Assembly (NCBI GenBank): GCA_964016885.1
Contig: OZ024740.1
Span: 75,268,001 to 75,332,000 of the forward strand
Origin: Eledone cirrhosa
Taxonomy: Eukaryota
Reading direction: 5' to 3'
DNA: 64,000 nt
How positions within the stretch are numbered: position 1 is the first letter of the stretch; the number at the start of each line of letters is the position of its first letter. The notes under the pieces are model-generated. The model ran no database searches. It saw nothing but the letters and a program-made list of their open reading frames with translations, and was not told the origin of the DNA. This document shows, piece by piece, positions 1-13,569 of this stretch. The translations under genes were made by a program, and so were the position numbers.

Positions 1-1819
1 CACATCCTCTTTTGCACCAGGATCTTTGGCACCTCACGCTGAGAAAAAAACAACAAAGTATATATAATTTTCAGACTAGCCTTTAGTATTAACCTCCATT
101 GAAACTCTTGAAAGATATTACCCTCCTGTCGAAAAACTAAATACGGATTCAGGCTCATTTAAAAGAAAAAGAAAATAAAACTGGAGGCATATGGTCCGTG
201 AAACGTGTTTGCAACATCAAAAACTGACTGTTGTGAATTACTGTGAGGACAATCTGGGGCTCGTTTAGAAAAGCACCGAAATGGCCTGCATATATTTACA
301 GGATATATGACTGCATTAAATCACTGGAACGATTTTGTGATATGATTGTTGATATATTGATATGTGCAGCTTGATAGATAAATTATCATAAATGTATAGC
401 TTATATTTTTATCTAAACATTAGAAAAAGCAGTCAAAAGCAGCCTCAATTATTGACTTAAACAAAGCAGGACACATTGAATAATGAAGTCCCAGATATAG
501 TTTATCTAACAGTATACGATGAATTGGCAGATTTGTTAGAGTGTAGGTTAGAATGTCTAGTGGTGATGTTCGTACGCTCTGAGTTCAAATTTTCCTTTCG
601 GCTTGAAAAATATTGTACTATTTCAAGATGGTGAATTAGCTTGCTATTTAGAGTATTGCACAAAATGTTTTATAGTATTTGTACTGGTTCTTTGTGTTCT
701 GTGTTCAAACTCCGTTGTGGGTGGTTCGGTTGATAGATTTAAGCCGCCATCTAGTTTAAAACTACCACTTTACACTCAGGTGTCTTTAGCGGAGTCCACC
801 CTGTGGAATTCGAGCCTAGTCTTCAGTTTGAGGATATCTTCTTGCCTTCATCTTCCAGTCTTGGAGGCCCTTAAAACGGTCATGAGCATTATCATTCGAT
901 GCGTGTCTCTTTGTTTCTCACTACTATTCACTGAAAATTGAATCCTATTTTTATCATGTCTGACTAACATCACAGAAAATATATTCTCGATTTTTTGACG
1001 GCCACAACACATTGAGCAGTTGTTGCGACGGAAATTCAATGGCAGATGAGAGATGGTGGAAATAATGCCAGCGTATAAAATTTCGCTCGATCTTGTGTAA
1101 AACTCGATATAAATTTAGAAAGCAAACTGCTTGAGTCTTAAGATCAAAAAGTAGTTACTTTAAGTTACATACCTTGCTTTGGCCGCTCAACGTCTGATGA
1201 AGAGCACCATCATTACATCTCTCTCCAGGCTAGAACAGTAGATTTCTGATACGGAAAAGGATGAATTGACCCCGAAAAGATGAAAGGAAAAGTAGACCTG
1301 GGAAAGATTTGAACAAAGAGCGCAGAAAGCTGGAGTGAATACGTCAAAGCATTCCACCCGACACTCAAGCGCCTTTGACAACACACTGCCTAAGATTTCA
1401 CACTGATAAATTCATAAAATTAAATATTTATCATCTGTTCAGTACATATGCACTCCTACAGGTTCTTATGCACGTGCTATTAACCCCTGATACCAAAAAG
1501 ATTCCCCACTCTTATTATACGCGATTGCTCAATCTGCCAGAAAGAGTAGCGAAATCTTCAAATACAACCCTTTTTCTTTGAAAAAAAAAGGACATATTAG
1601 ATAATGTAGTTCTAGATATACTAAGTCTGAATAAATGACAGGATGGTCACAATTGGAATTCCTTTGTTCTCCAGGATCCCAACAGACCTCGATCAAAGCA
1701 ACAAACCTGATGAAAGAGTGATCTCAGTAGAGGTCGTGAGTTCAGAGCTATTGTAGGCATTTCATTGTATATACTTTTTGATCAAAATGTTTTAATCTAC
1801 TTCTTTACGATATTCGTTC

Positions 1820-2062
1820 CGACTTTCTGAGTTCAAATCCTGCCGAGGTCAACTTTTCTTTCATCCTTTTCTGATCGATAAAAGAAGTACCAGTCCAGTA
1901 CTGGGGTTGTTTCTTACTCTGTATTTTTCTTCACTCTCCCTCACTCTTTTGCTGGAAGAAATCGGCTGTGTTCAGACCTGGAGAGGGATGAACGTTGTCA
2001 GGTTTAAAATACTCAAGTGTGTCACGCGGGTGCCGCTACGACTGTCAGGAGTTACGGGTCCA
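1820..2062 (+). mobile_element. Meta-like SINE with extended 3' region
   Basis: Core at 1828-1906. The downstream AAATCGGCTGTGTTCAGA..GAGGGAT..TTTAAAAT segment recurs behind the SINE core at 15270-15535. Confidence 0.6.
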
Positions 2063-2289
2063 TATATACATTTATTCTAAATTACCTCGGACCACCAAAA
2101 TGTCGGGGATATGTAATTAGATTACTTTATATATTTTTTCTGCAATAAATCAACATTCTATCTCATCTCTCATATGCTTAAATCTTTGCAACCGGAGTTA
2201 ATAACTGGTGGTAATGGTGGTGGAGGATTAGAAGCAACGTTGACCTCTGGGAGATTTGAATGCAGACCGCAAAAACAGTTATTGATAAT

Positions 2290-2840
2290 AGTTTCTCATT
2301 TAATAAACACAAGGTCAACAATTTTGGGGGTAGGGAAAGTCGATTAAATCGACCGCAGTGCGTTACTGGTATTTATTTTATCGACTCCGTAAAATTGAAA
2401 GGCAAAGTTAACCTCGGCGGGATTTGAACTTAGAACGTAAAGGGCCATAGCCCTATGCTACAAAACAACTATTAATGGTTTCTGATTTAGGCACAAGGCC
2501 AACAATTTTGAGAGAGGAAGAAGTAGATTAAATCAACCCCAATACTTGACTGGTACTTTATTTTATCGATCCCCGTAAGGATGAAAGGCAAAGTTCACTT
2601 CAGCAGGAATTGAACTCAAAACGTAAAGGGATGTGACTTTATGATGCCAAACAATAAGGGTTTCTGATATAGGCACAGGGACAACAATTTTGGTGGAGGA
2701 GGAAGTCGATCAAATTAACTCCAGTGCACCGCGTGTACTTTATTTTATCGACCCCGTAAGGATGAAAGGCAAAGCTAACCTCGGCGGGATTCGAAATCAG
2801 AACGCAAAGAGCCGTAACTCTATACTGCGAAGCATGTTGT
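2290..2840 (-). mobile_element. Three tandem Meta-like SINE copies
   Basis: GGTACTTTATTTTATCGA..GATGAAAGGCAAAG..GATTTGAACT-type motif occurs three times at ~185-bp spacing. Confidence 0.8.
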
Positions 2841-3108
2841 AAAACAATTATTAATAATACCAGATAACATTACTTAATAATATCACCCTGGGAATCCCTT
2901 TTTATGGTTAGGTTGGGCGGCTACTGCATATATCTTTGATCTTCTACTATCTCAGACCACACCTCCAACAGGAAGGGATGCAAAAAGCATTCATAAAACA
3001 AAATAACCCGAGTCAGGAATCGAAATTAATGGGAACGCCTTCATACATTACTTCATTAATCTCTAATACGCCGACGGAAACTATACGCCATCATGTACAT
3101 ACAAACAC

Positions 3109-3184
<76 letters not shown>

Positions 3185-3504
3185 ATTATATATATATAAA
3201 AAGATGAAATCGAAAATGCAACTGGAGTCTTATTTAAAAAAATAATATATATATTTATTTGGTTCTTTTACCGGTTTCACAGTTCTTCTGCTTTTCAAAA
3301 GTAGAGTTGAGATGGAGGGTTTGTGGTTTTTCTCACATCAGATGTGAGAAAAACCACAGACCCTCCATCTATTTTTAAAAAGATAAGACTCCAGTTGCAT
3401 TTTCGATTTCATCTTTTTTTCTTTATACCTTCACTCGTGTAGGACACCTCGGTTATTTTTCATTTTGTAAAACAAACCTCACTTTCTAATATATATATAT
3501 ATAT

Positions 3505-4195
3505 AGTATGTATGTATGTATACGTACATACATATATGTATACAGACGTACAGTAGTATGTATATATATATACATACATGCACACATATATATATGCACG
3601 TATCGGTTTACCGAACATTTATTATAATGCTCGGTTTGTTTGTTTGTAAACAAACAAACAGCCCGAATTACGCCGTACAGTGTTTAGGCAACCACGTCAC
3701 CTTTTTGTTCAACACTGACACAGGAACGATGTACTAGTTTCAAGCTTATTAGCTATCGTCAGCATCGTATACCTTCCTGCCAGATGGTTGAACGTCTGAA
3801 AGTATATACTTTCCTTATGCATATTAACGGCTGAGCAGCCTAAATTGCATATCGAGTGAGTTCAGTCGGCCGGGCATACCGAAACGATAAATGGAATAGA
3901 ATGAAACGAAATTTCATTTCTCACTCTTAGTACGGCACTTACTTAAATGTAAGTATGTATGTATGTATACGTACATACATATATGTATACAGACGTACAG
4001 TAGTATGTATATATATACATGCATGCACACATTTAGATATGCCCGTATCGGTTTACCGAACATTTATTATAATGCTCGGTTTGTTTGTTTGTAAACAAAC
4101 AAACAGCCCGAATTACGCCGTACAGTGTTTAGGCATTTAAGTAAGTGCTGTACTAAGAGTGAGAAATGAAATTTCGTTTCATTCTATTCCATTTA
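3505..4195. mobile_element. Non-coding HHR module: 1.4 x 447-nt unit (-) plus short inverted arm (+), (TA)n on both sides
   Basis: 3505 recurs at 3952; 4135-4195 is the reverse complement of ~3887-3950. Family members at 30738-31007, 44676-44790 and 45750-46215. Confidence 0.8.
3721..3779 (-). ncRNA. Type I minimal hammerhead ribozyme
   Basis: CAGGAA..ACGAUG CUGACGA U AGCU AAUA AGCU U GAAA CUAG UA^ CAUCGU UCCUG: 6-bp stem I plus distal helix, palindromic loop 3, GUA site. Confidence 0.88.
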
Positions 4196-4211
4196 TATAT
4201 ATATATATATA

Positions 4212-5236
4212 TGACCAGGCTGGTTCCCCTTTTCTCTCTCTCGTCTACGATTTCACAGAACTTATGTTCACCGAATTCACGGACTGGACTCCTTCTTCCT
4301 CCCGTTTGACCTGTGCGGAATTCCTTCCCTGCTCACATTTCGACTAGGTTTGATGGTCTTTATTCTTTCTCGTTCACGATTTCACCGAACTTATATTCAT
4401 GGAAATCTGGGACTTGACTCTTTCTTCCTCACTTTTCGTTGCTTTACCATCTTTGTTTGTTTACACTCTCGCTCGTTCCCCTGATTTACGTGTCCCAACG
4501 ACTTTCTTTAGCCGTTGCTCGCACCAACCGGAGGTATATGGTCTTTAAAGCGATGAAATACCAATGATGGTTGGAAGATCACTGATGAAGGACTAACTTT
4601 ATTCATATGTAACCCATTTGCAATCACGTAGCACGTTTGTTCTCATATTCACACATATATTTTTCCCCGCTATGACCCGTCTATTTCGTTCTTACTGCTT
4701 CCTCTTTCTCTGTATCTTTACCCTCTCTAACAGTCACTCTCTCTGTTAGCCTCTTCTTCACCCTTCACTCACTCACTCTCTGCTACTACCTCTCCTACTT
4801 CCTCCCGTTTGACCTGTGCATAATTCTTTTCTCTCGCACGCTTGACCAGGCTGGTTCCCCTTTTCTCTCTCTCGTCTACGATTTCACAGAACTTATGTTC
4901 ACCGAATTCACGGACTGGACTCCTTCTTCCTCCCGTTTGACCTGTGCGGAATTCCTTCCTTGCTCACATTTCGACTAGGTTTGATGGTCTTTATTCTCTC
5001 TCGTTCACGATTTCACCGAACTTATATTCATGGAAATCTGGGACTTGACTCTTTCTTCCTCACTTTTCGTTGCTTCACCATCTTTGTTTGTTTACACTCT
5101 CGTTCGTTCCCCTTCTTTACTTGTCCCAACGACTTTTTTTAGCCGTTGCTCGCACCAACCGGAGGTATATGGTCTTTAAAGCGATGAAATACCAATGATG
5201 GTTGGAAGATCACTGATGAAGGACTAACTTTACTCA
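4212..5236. repeat. Partial tandem repeat (1.6 x 631 nt), pyrimidine-rich, flanked by (TA)n; probable pLTR
   Basis: 4212-4605 recurs at 4843-5236 with few substitutions. Confidence 0.8.
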
Positions 5237-5250
5237 TATATATATATATA

Positions 5251-5391
5251 GGAACGAGTAGGACCCCGTCGAAACGGCTTGAGCTCAGCCGTCGGGGTCC
5301 TACTCGTTCCTATTACCCACTCTACTACCTTAAGTATTGAGTACTTTGGTGCGTTATGGTCCACCTGGTTCCTTACCACATTACCTTCGTT
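5251..5391. repeat. Short fold-back repeat family carrying the 3' half of a hammerhead
   Basis: GAAACGGCU UGAGCUC AGCCGUC^GGGGUCC; other copies at 29921-30135, 31981-32172, 40981-41162 and 44568-44627, all next to (TA)n. Confidence 0.75.
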
Positions 5392-5768
<377 letters not shown>

Positions 5769-5823
5769 AAGAAAACAAGAAACGAACAGATAACATAAAG
5801 TCTTATTATTTTCACGCTTAAAA

Positions 5824-6039
5824 AGGCAGCGGATTGGGAGTATCGGTAGGACGTCGAACGCCATGCTTTGCAGCATAGAGTTATGGCCCTTTATGATTTG
5901 AGTTCAAATCTCGCCGAAGTTAACTTTGTCTTTCATCCTTACAGGGTCGATAAAATAAAGTACCAGTCACGCACTGGGGTCGATTTAATTGACTTTCCCC
6001 TCCCCCAAAATTGTTGGCCTTGTGCCTATATAAGAAACC
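5824..6039 (+). mobile_element. Meta-domain-like tRNA SINE (octopus OK/OR type) with 19-bp TSD
   Basis: GAGTTCAAATC..TTTCATCCTTACAGGGTCGATAAAATAAAGTACCAG; TSD ATTATTTTCACGCTTAAAA at 5805-5823 and 6040-6058. Confidence 0.88.
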
Positions 6040-7959
6040 ATTATTTTCACGCTTAAAAGAAAGAGAGTGAGTTACATAGTCAACGTGTCGGGTATATGCC
6101 CTTCATCAGGAAAAACAAAGAAAAATAAATACTTTTTTTTAAATTTAAAAAAATAAAAAGGTGAGGGGACATATATATATAAAGAGTTGTGTTATCATAC
6201 ACGGATATGCTATAAAATACCTTATAACATAGGGTGAAGACCCTTTAAGATGGAAAAAGAAGTTGGCCTCGGCCGCTACGATGTATCGAACCCCATATCT
6301 CCCAGATAACGGGTGGTTATCCACATTTTAATAATATTTGTTCTCTTAATCTGTTGTTCCATTCTTAATACTATTCTAAGAAGACATGCCCTCTAAGAAT
6401 ATGTTATTCAGTTTTAGCAAGACTTAATCCCTCAATCTGCTCCAAATTATAATTCTTTCAATATCATAGAAAGTTAATTGTCTCCAACAATGACATAATT
6501 TTTAGTAGCATTTAAAGAAAAAATGAAACGCCTGATAAAAGGAATAACTATAGATAGTTATAACAAATATAAGCAAATATAGATATAAATGGCAAATGTG
6601 AGTCAAGGAAGACTGTTAATTGTTATATTTGTTTTACTAACAGATTTCGTTAGTAATGGCTTCCTACTATGTTGATGTTCTTTATGTTATTTTAGACTCA
6701 CAGGATGGGATAAGTGATTAGCTAGTGTGTGTTACCCCAAGCGTAAAAAACATCAGCTGAAAAAGCTGCCTGTCGAGAGTAAAAAAAACCTGCAAGCAGT
6801 TAAGTTATATTAGTACTAAAATAGATGTAAGAAGAAAAAGATTTCTGAAAGAAATCTTAGTCATTTCTCCTGCAATATTCATAATGTTTGATAAGTTTCA
6901 TAAAAATGTGTTTTCATGGCGAAAATAGCAAATATTTGACTCACAGGGCAACTGATCAGGAATAGCTATTTTGCTTTCGGTACGTTTCTGTCAGGAATTG
7001 GAAATAAAATTACCCTTTTATTTATATTATTAATAACTCACATCTCGAGGCAATAAATTTTCCAAAAGAGTGTAGTTCCATCCTGTTTAATAAGTGGAAA
7101 TTCTAAATACACTTGGACTAACCTAAAGAAAACCATCTGAAAGCATCTACAATTATTCTTGCATCTCAAAATATATTAAAAGAAACAGAAACGAAATATT
7201 ACGAATATTGGATTGAAGAGATGTTGTAATTATATTGGTTCGGTGATAGTGTGACGATGTAAAAAATAAAACATATATAATATAGTTGTATTATTCATAT
7301 TCACCACATTTAAAGAATTCAGCCATTTAGATTAATAAAAAATATTCACGAAATTTTGAAAGCAATAATACGTTGAAATGGGATAAATATGGCTGTAACT
7401 GAAATCAAATATGAAATATTAATCACACAAGCAGAAGCACACCCTCCGGGCGGTTTTCTGCTAGTAAATACGATGGTAGATCCTCCAACAGTTTCGACGA
7501 TCATCATTCAGTCGTTCGATCACCTTAATATGTAAGTGGTTGAGTATTCCACAGACTTGTGTAGCCTTTAATGTAGTTCTCAAGTACAATCAGCCTGACA
7601 GTATATGTGATAAGCCTAGAACCTTGAATTACAGATATTTTATCCAACGGGCTTTCATACAATTCCGTCTACCTAACCTCATTCATAAGGCATTAGTCAA
7701 CCAGAGACCATGGCAAAGACACCCGCACAAGAAGCTACGTTGTTGAATAGTAAATATATTGCGTGAACGTGTATGTGTGCGCCTGGTAATGTATGTATAT
7801 ATATAGTTTGAATGGGACCATCCATGTAAACTTTCATATCTGAAGAAGTGTCGATTAAGAGTTTGGATCCAATCGCATGATCAAACCCCAACTGATCGAT
7901 ATGGAAACAATTTGTAATATGTAATAAAGTTTACAAAAAGCTGCAATTCTTATTGTCAC

Positions 7960-8442
<483 letters not shown>

Positions 8443-8555
8443 CCAATCTATATAAATGTATGAAAAATATGTAGATTATTGATGTGTGAATGATACGAAC
8501 ACGTACTGACATATTTGATTTTGCAGTTTATCTAATTTAATAAAATACTTAAGGA

Positions 8556-8890
8556 AGGCGCGTAGCCTATTGGTTAGGGTACAGGACTGACGATTATAAT
8601 GTGGGTTCCATTCCTGGACCGAGTTGTGCGTTGAATGTCCGTGTTGTTGAACACTTAGGATATTGGACTTACGATCATAATGTCGAAGGTTCGATTCCTG
8701 GACCGGGTTACGCGTTGAGTGTCCGTGTCGTTGAGCACTTCATTTCACGGTGGTCAATTACGTCCAGCAGTTGCTGGGAGTTAACCCTACAATGGACTAT
8801 CGTAGTATACTTTCTGTCGCTTAACACCAATAAAAACCGGCATCAGCACTGGCCTGATGAGCCTGCGGCCTTCGGAAAGACTTACAGTTT
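8556..8890 (+). mobile_element. tRNA-derived SINE with duplicated head and V-domain-like body
   Basis: A box TAGCCTATTGG; B boxes GGTTCCATTCC and GGTTCGATTCC (head segment duplicated); AACCCTACAATGGACT resembles the V-SINE domain as I recall it. Confidence 0.6.
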
Positions 8891-11262
8891 ATACTCAGTA
8901 ACATTACTTGATAAAGCAAAGGCATGATACGAACCAGCTTCCGAAGTAATGTTTGACTAAATAAACTGAGAAAAAACGAAAGCAGTCAGGTGCAGCAACT
9001 CAAATGAGATTCAAACTGCTACTGACTTATGAAGTTGTTTTATCGACCCTCGTAGTCTTTATTCAAGAACAGCGAGGTTTAGCGAATCACCTATATCAAA
9101 AATGTAACGTCAGAATGATACGAACTCGCACCAATATATTTGATTTTGTGGTTTATTTAATGTAATACTTAAGTATGATAAATATATTTACTATCATTAC
9201 TGATGGAGTGGGTACGCAATATAATAAACACACACACATCAGTGGTGACTCCAACACATGGGATACTCGGGCCTAGCTCGAGTACCGCGATTTCAAACCA
9301 AGAAATCATTGTTGACATGTAATACTTACTTGGATTGAAAGGTGTAACTCATGCTAATAAATTTCCGATAAATATGGTTTTAATTCTTCAAATTAAATAG
9401 CTTTATTTCATCTTCTTAGCATAAAATGTGGACCTAAAGTTTAGGACTTCGTAATACTATTATCGAGGTTCATTCTGGTTCATTTGTATGAGTTCACTAA
9501 AATAAACAAATAAGGTTTCATTAATTTTTCGAATCATGTGAGTCTGGCTAACAAATTTCCCCTCAAACTATTACAAATAATCTATAAAATCTCAAACGCT
9601 TTTTAACAGAATATAATTTTATTACAACTTCAATGATAGCCTAAATGAATTTTGCTGCGCATAATAAATGTTATATCGACAGAATTTAATGAAGGAGGTT
9701 GGGATAATTTAATTTTTCTCGACTCTGTGTTAGGTGATATGTTATTTCTTTGCTTTGTGATTGCTAACATTAGTAGCAAATAGAGACGCATAAAAAACCT
9801 GTTGTCTCGCACGTGCATGTGCGTACGTACTCATATAACATTTGTATGAATATATGTATCCTTGTAGATATGTGTGTGGGTCTCATATGTGAAAAAATAA
9901 GTTTTAAAACGCGATTGGCATTGGCGAATCTTATTTCATGTCAGTGAAATGTATATAATAAATATATATATATGCATATTTCGCATCAGTTAATTTATAT
10001 TGCGTTTAATTTAATTTAATTTGTATTTCTATTTATTCTACATTAATTTCTTTCCTAATATCGTTACATCACATACATTTCTACTCCGTTAGTTTCATCA
10101 AATTTTTGGGGAATTAGGTATTTACCATGATTTTAATACTTAAAAAATGTTAATTAAAAAAAAAGAAAAAATGAAATCTTGTGTCTTTTCCATCAACCCC
10201 CACCACATTAAATAATTACAGCTATAACTAGCCGGATTTCTTTTTATTGTCAAATGTAAATAAACAATAGGTGACATATTTAGTTTAGTGTCCCCTAACT
10301 GATTTTATTTCCTTATAATTTCCTTAACCCTTTAGCATTTAAACCAGCCATATTTGGCCAGAATTCTCTCACATCTTTGTGTTCAAACCGGCTGTAACCA
10401 GCTACTCATACTAACGTTAAGGTATTTTACTCAAGATAAATAATATCAAAATCTCATAAATTCGATATTATGTGAGAAAATGATGTCAGATAAAGCCTTT
10501 ACCGTGAAAATACAATAGTAAATATAATAGTATGCATAGAGTAATGTAAATGTATAGAGTACAATAGTAAACATAATAGTATGTATAGAGTATGTATAGA
10601 GTAATGTAAATGTATAGAGTAATGTAAATGCTGGAGGGTTAATATTTGACAAATATATTTTCTCAGATGTAGATTATGATTATTTTCATAATTTCGTACT
10701 CACATCCTAGTTGCTGAAATGACATTACATTTCTGTAGAAAATCTATGATATTGATCTGATTGATATTATTCTTTAACAACAGGAAATTGGAAAGCATGA
10801 TGAAAAATTTCCGAGTTTACGTTTGGTCAATATTTTAAAAATTTCATCAGATTCTACACTTTCAAAATGTTATCTCTGCAATCTCTACAAATAGGTATTA
10901 TTGAAAAGGTTTTGGGAAAACAAATTCAGGTGGTGGTGAGAAATTGTAATTATATCTTATATCTGAATCAAACGTTGAAAATCAAATGCAGAAATTGTCT
11001 TCTGTTTCAGTTAAATGGGTCAGGTGGATTACTAACGCACAAACATTAATGTTTATCAAAAAGTACACAACAAAACATTCTTCTGATAAATAGAAATAAT
11101 TGAGTCGGTCTTCGTGCAGTGACCAGTTGTTGAGTAATGGTGGTGCGCGCGCACGCACACAGATTTCTTCAATCGTAATTAGATTAAATTGTTGTTAGAT
11201 GCTTAAATTCTTCTATTCAATATGATACTCTAAATTGTACGCTTAGACATTATGCGCTCACG

Positions 11263-11362
<100 letters not shown>

Positions 11363-12005
11363 CACACAGACAAACACACACGCACACACACACACACACA
11401 CATCCAATATAAGCAGACAGTATTTCATTAACCTAGGAAAAAAGAAAGACAAAGTCTGACTCAGTATGGCTTAGATTCAAATCGTATATGGGCTTAACTA
11501 AAAAATATCTTACAAGTTTCATATAAAAATGAGAAAACTCATCGCTAGAACAGTCGTTAAAACAGCTAAATGCTGTTAAAGACAACGATGGGTAAAAATG
11601 CCTCTGAGGACAGAGACCAGCGGTCAGTGTCGATAGAGAGAGAATCCACGAGATAGATGACAGGCAGAGGAAATATAAAAAAGATTGAAAGAGGAGGAAG
11701 CGGAGGACAAGGAGGAATGTGTTGGGGCACAGAAGTGACTGGAAGAAGGAAATCAATTTAGTTTCGTGATGTGACAATGAAACATCGTATGATATTAGTA
11801 AGATTCAGTGAAAAGGTGGTAGAATGAGTGAGATGAAAGCACAATATTAATTTTCGTAATTGTCATAGAAGCAAACTGCTCCAGGATATGAAGTATTGAC
11901 ATTGGCTATATTTAGAGTGTTGTAATGTCTTCAACCTATATCCCTTTTTATTCAACTTACAAATAATTGCTTTTCTGATATCGCTGCTGGCCGTATTCTT
12001 TGAAT

Positions 12006-12042
<37 letters not shown>

Positions 12043-12389
12043 CAAGGAGACAACAAACAGAGGTACAAAAAGTCTTATTAGTTTCACACTTTATATGAAA
12101 AAGAGGAAAGAAAGTTCGACGTGTCGGGCTTAAGCCCTTCTTCGGGGGTACAAATTAGAGATAGGATCATAAAGGAGAAACATAAATAAGGAGAAACATA
12201 AATAAAGAAAGCGCGTTTAAAATGCCATAGTATTTATAACATTCAAACATTAACTGAATGACTACACATTACTTGTGGGTATAACAATAATGATATATAT
12301 ATATATAGAGAGAGAGAGAGATGAGGGAGAGGTAGAGAGAAAGAGATTTAGTTCCACAATAAATTAGCACACTACACACACACACACAT

Positions 12390-12434
<45 letters not shown>

Positions 12435-12504
12435 GTTTACATGTGAGCTTTTTCTATATTGCTTCGGGATGGTGTGTTGTTTTATATTGTTTGGTGTAGT
12501 TTAG

Positions 12505-12655
12505 GCTTCCGCGTAGATTCAATCTAAATTTCACTCATTAATCAACCTCAGGTTATAGTGAAAAACGCTTGCCTAAGGTGCCACGCAGTGGGACTTAATC
12601 TGAAACCACGTGGTTGTTAAACAAACTCCTTAACTGCACACCCATGCCTGTGCCT
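12505..12655 (-). mobile_element. Octopus-type tRNA-derived SINE 5' part
   Basis: Reverse complement reads AGGCACAGGCATGGGTGTGCAGTTAAG..AACCACGTGGTTTCAG..GTCCCACTGCGTGGCACCTTAGGCAAG; a related fragment lies at 7650-7735. Confidence 0.6.
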
Positions 12656-13569
12656 ATGTAGCACTGGGACAGACAGATAGAAAGACACACACACACATAC
12701 AGACGTCCGCATGCGCACATTGGTAACACTGTGCCATAGTCAAATGATAGCTGGTGACATGATAGATAATATCTAAAAGAGATATCTGCTGCATGATGGA
12801 ACGATCTGCATTTAATTGTTTCCGTTTTTCCGCCATTGTCATTCTCACTTTAAAAGACGGTGAGCTCGCCTTTGTCTTTATTTCATTCACCCAGAACCAG
12901 ATGATGGCATCAATTTTATCCACTTCTCTTAATTCATTTACAAAACAAGTTTGAGCCTGGTAGAAAGAAATCATTAATGCAATCATGTTTAACGATGGTA
13001 ATATTAATTCAAAGAAGTTCAAAGGTGTCATTAGTGAGTCAATATAAAAATTCCGGTATTTTTTCTTACTCACCGAGGTCCACTTTGCCGTTCATCATTT
13101 CGGGGTCGATAAATAATGTACCCGAGCAAGGGTAGAGAATTCGCGGAAATTTTTAAGGGTCGGACAGGATGAGAATGCTTTGTGGTATCTGATCCGGGTC
13201 TGTGCGTTCTGAATTTAAGACATATCTCATTCTACCAACTGTTGCAACTGACAGATAGTCTCAGCAATGAAAAGACCAGTGAAAACATATTTTTATTTGT
13301 TCAGCGTGAAAATATATAATTAATTATGTTCAAATGCTTAGGGAAGCTTTTATTTTCTTCTCTTGGTTCCATATTCTAAATGCTTCTACGTTTGTAGCTA
13401 CCATATGACGAGCAGAAATAAAGTCAATTGTTGCATGACTTCCTACAGTTTGACTGATTCTTCTAGTTTGATAATATCCTGGTGATTAGAATATGTGACA
13501 TGATAGCAGCGGAAACATTTTTTTTTTTTGTAAAACTTCTCAAGCAATCTCCTATATGAAGCCAACTAT

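Noticed and set aside
6696-6796. Exon-like segment on the minus strand (TTGCAG..GTGAGT)
   Set aside because: Stop codons in all three frames and no supporting neighbouring exons.
8556-8620. tRNA gene
   Set aside because: A and B boxes are present but there is no cloverleaf; it is a SINE head.
8845-8890. Hammerhead at CCTGATGAGCCTGCGGCCTTCGGAAAG
   Set aside because: Extra bases lie between stem II and GAAA and stems I/III are unconvincing; it is better explained as a SINE tail.
12654-13073. 139-aa minus-strand ORF
   Set aside because: No recognisable motif, and it runs into microsatellite; possibly decayed transposon sequence.
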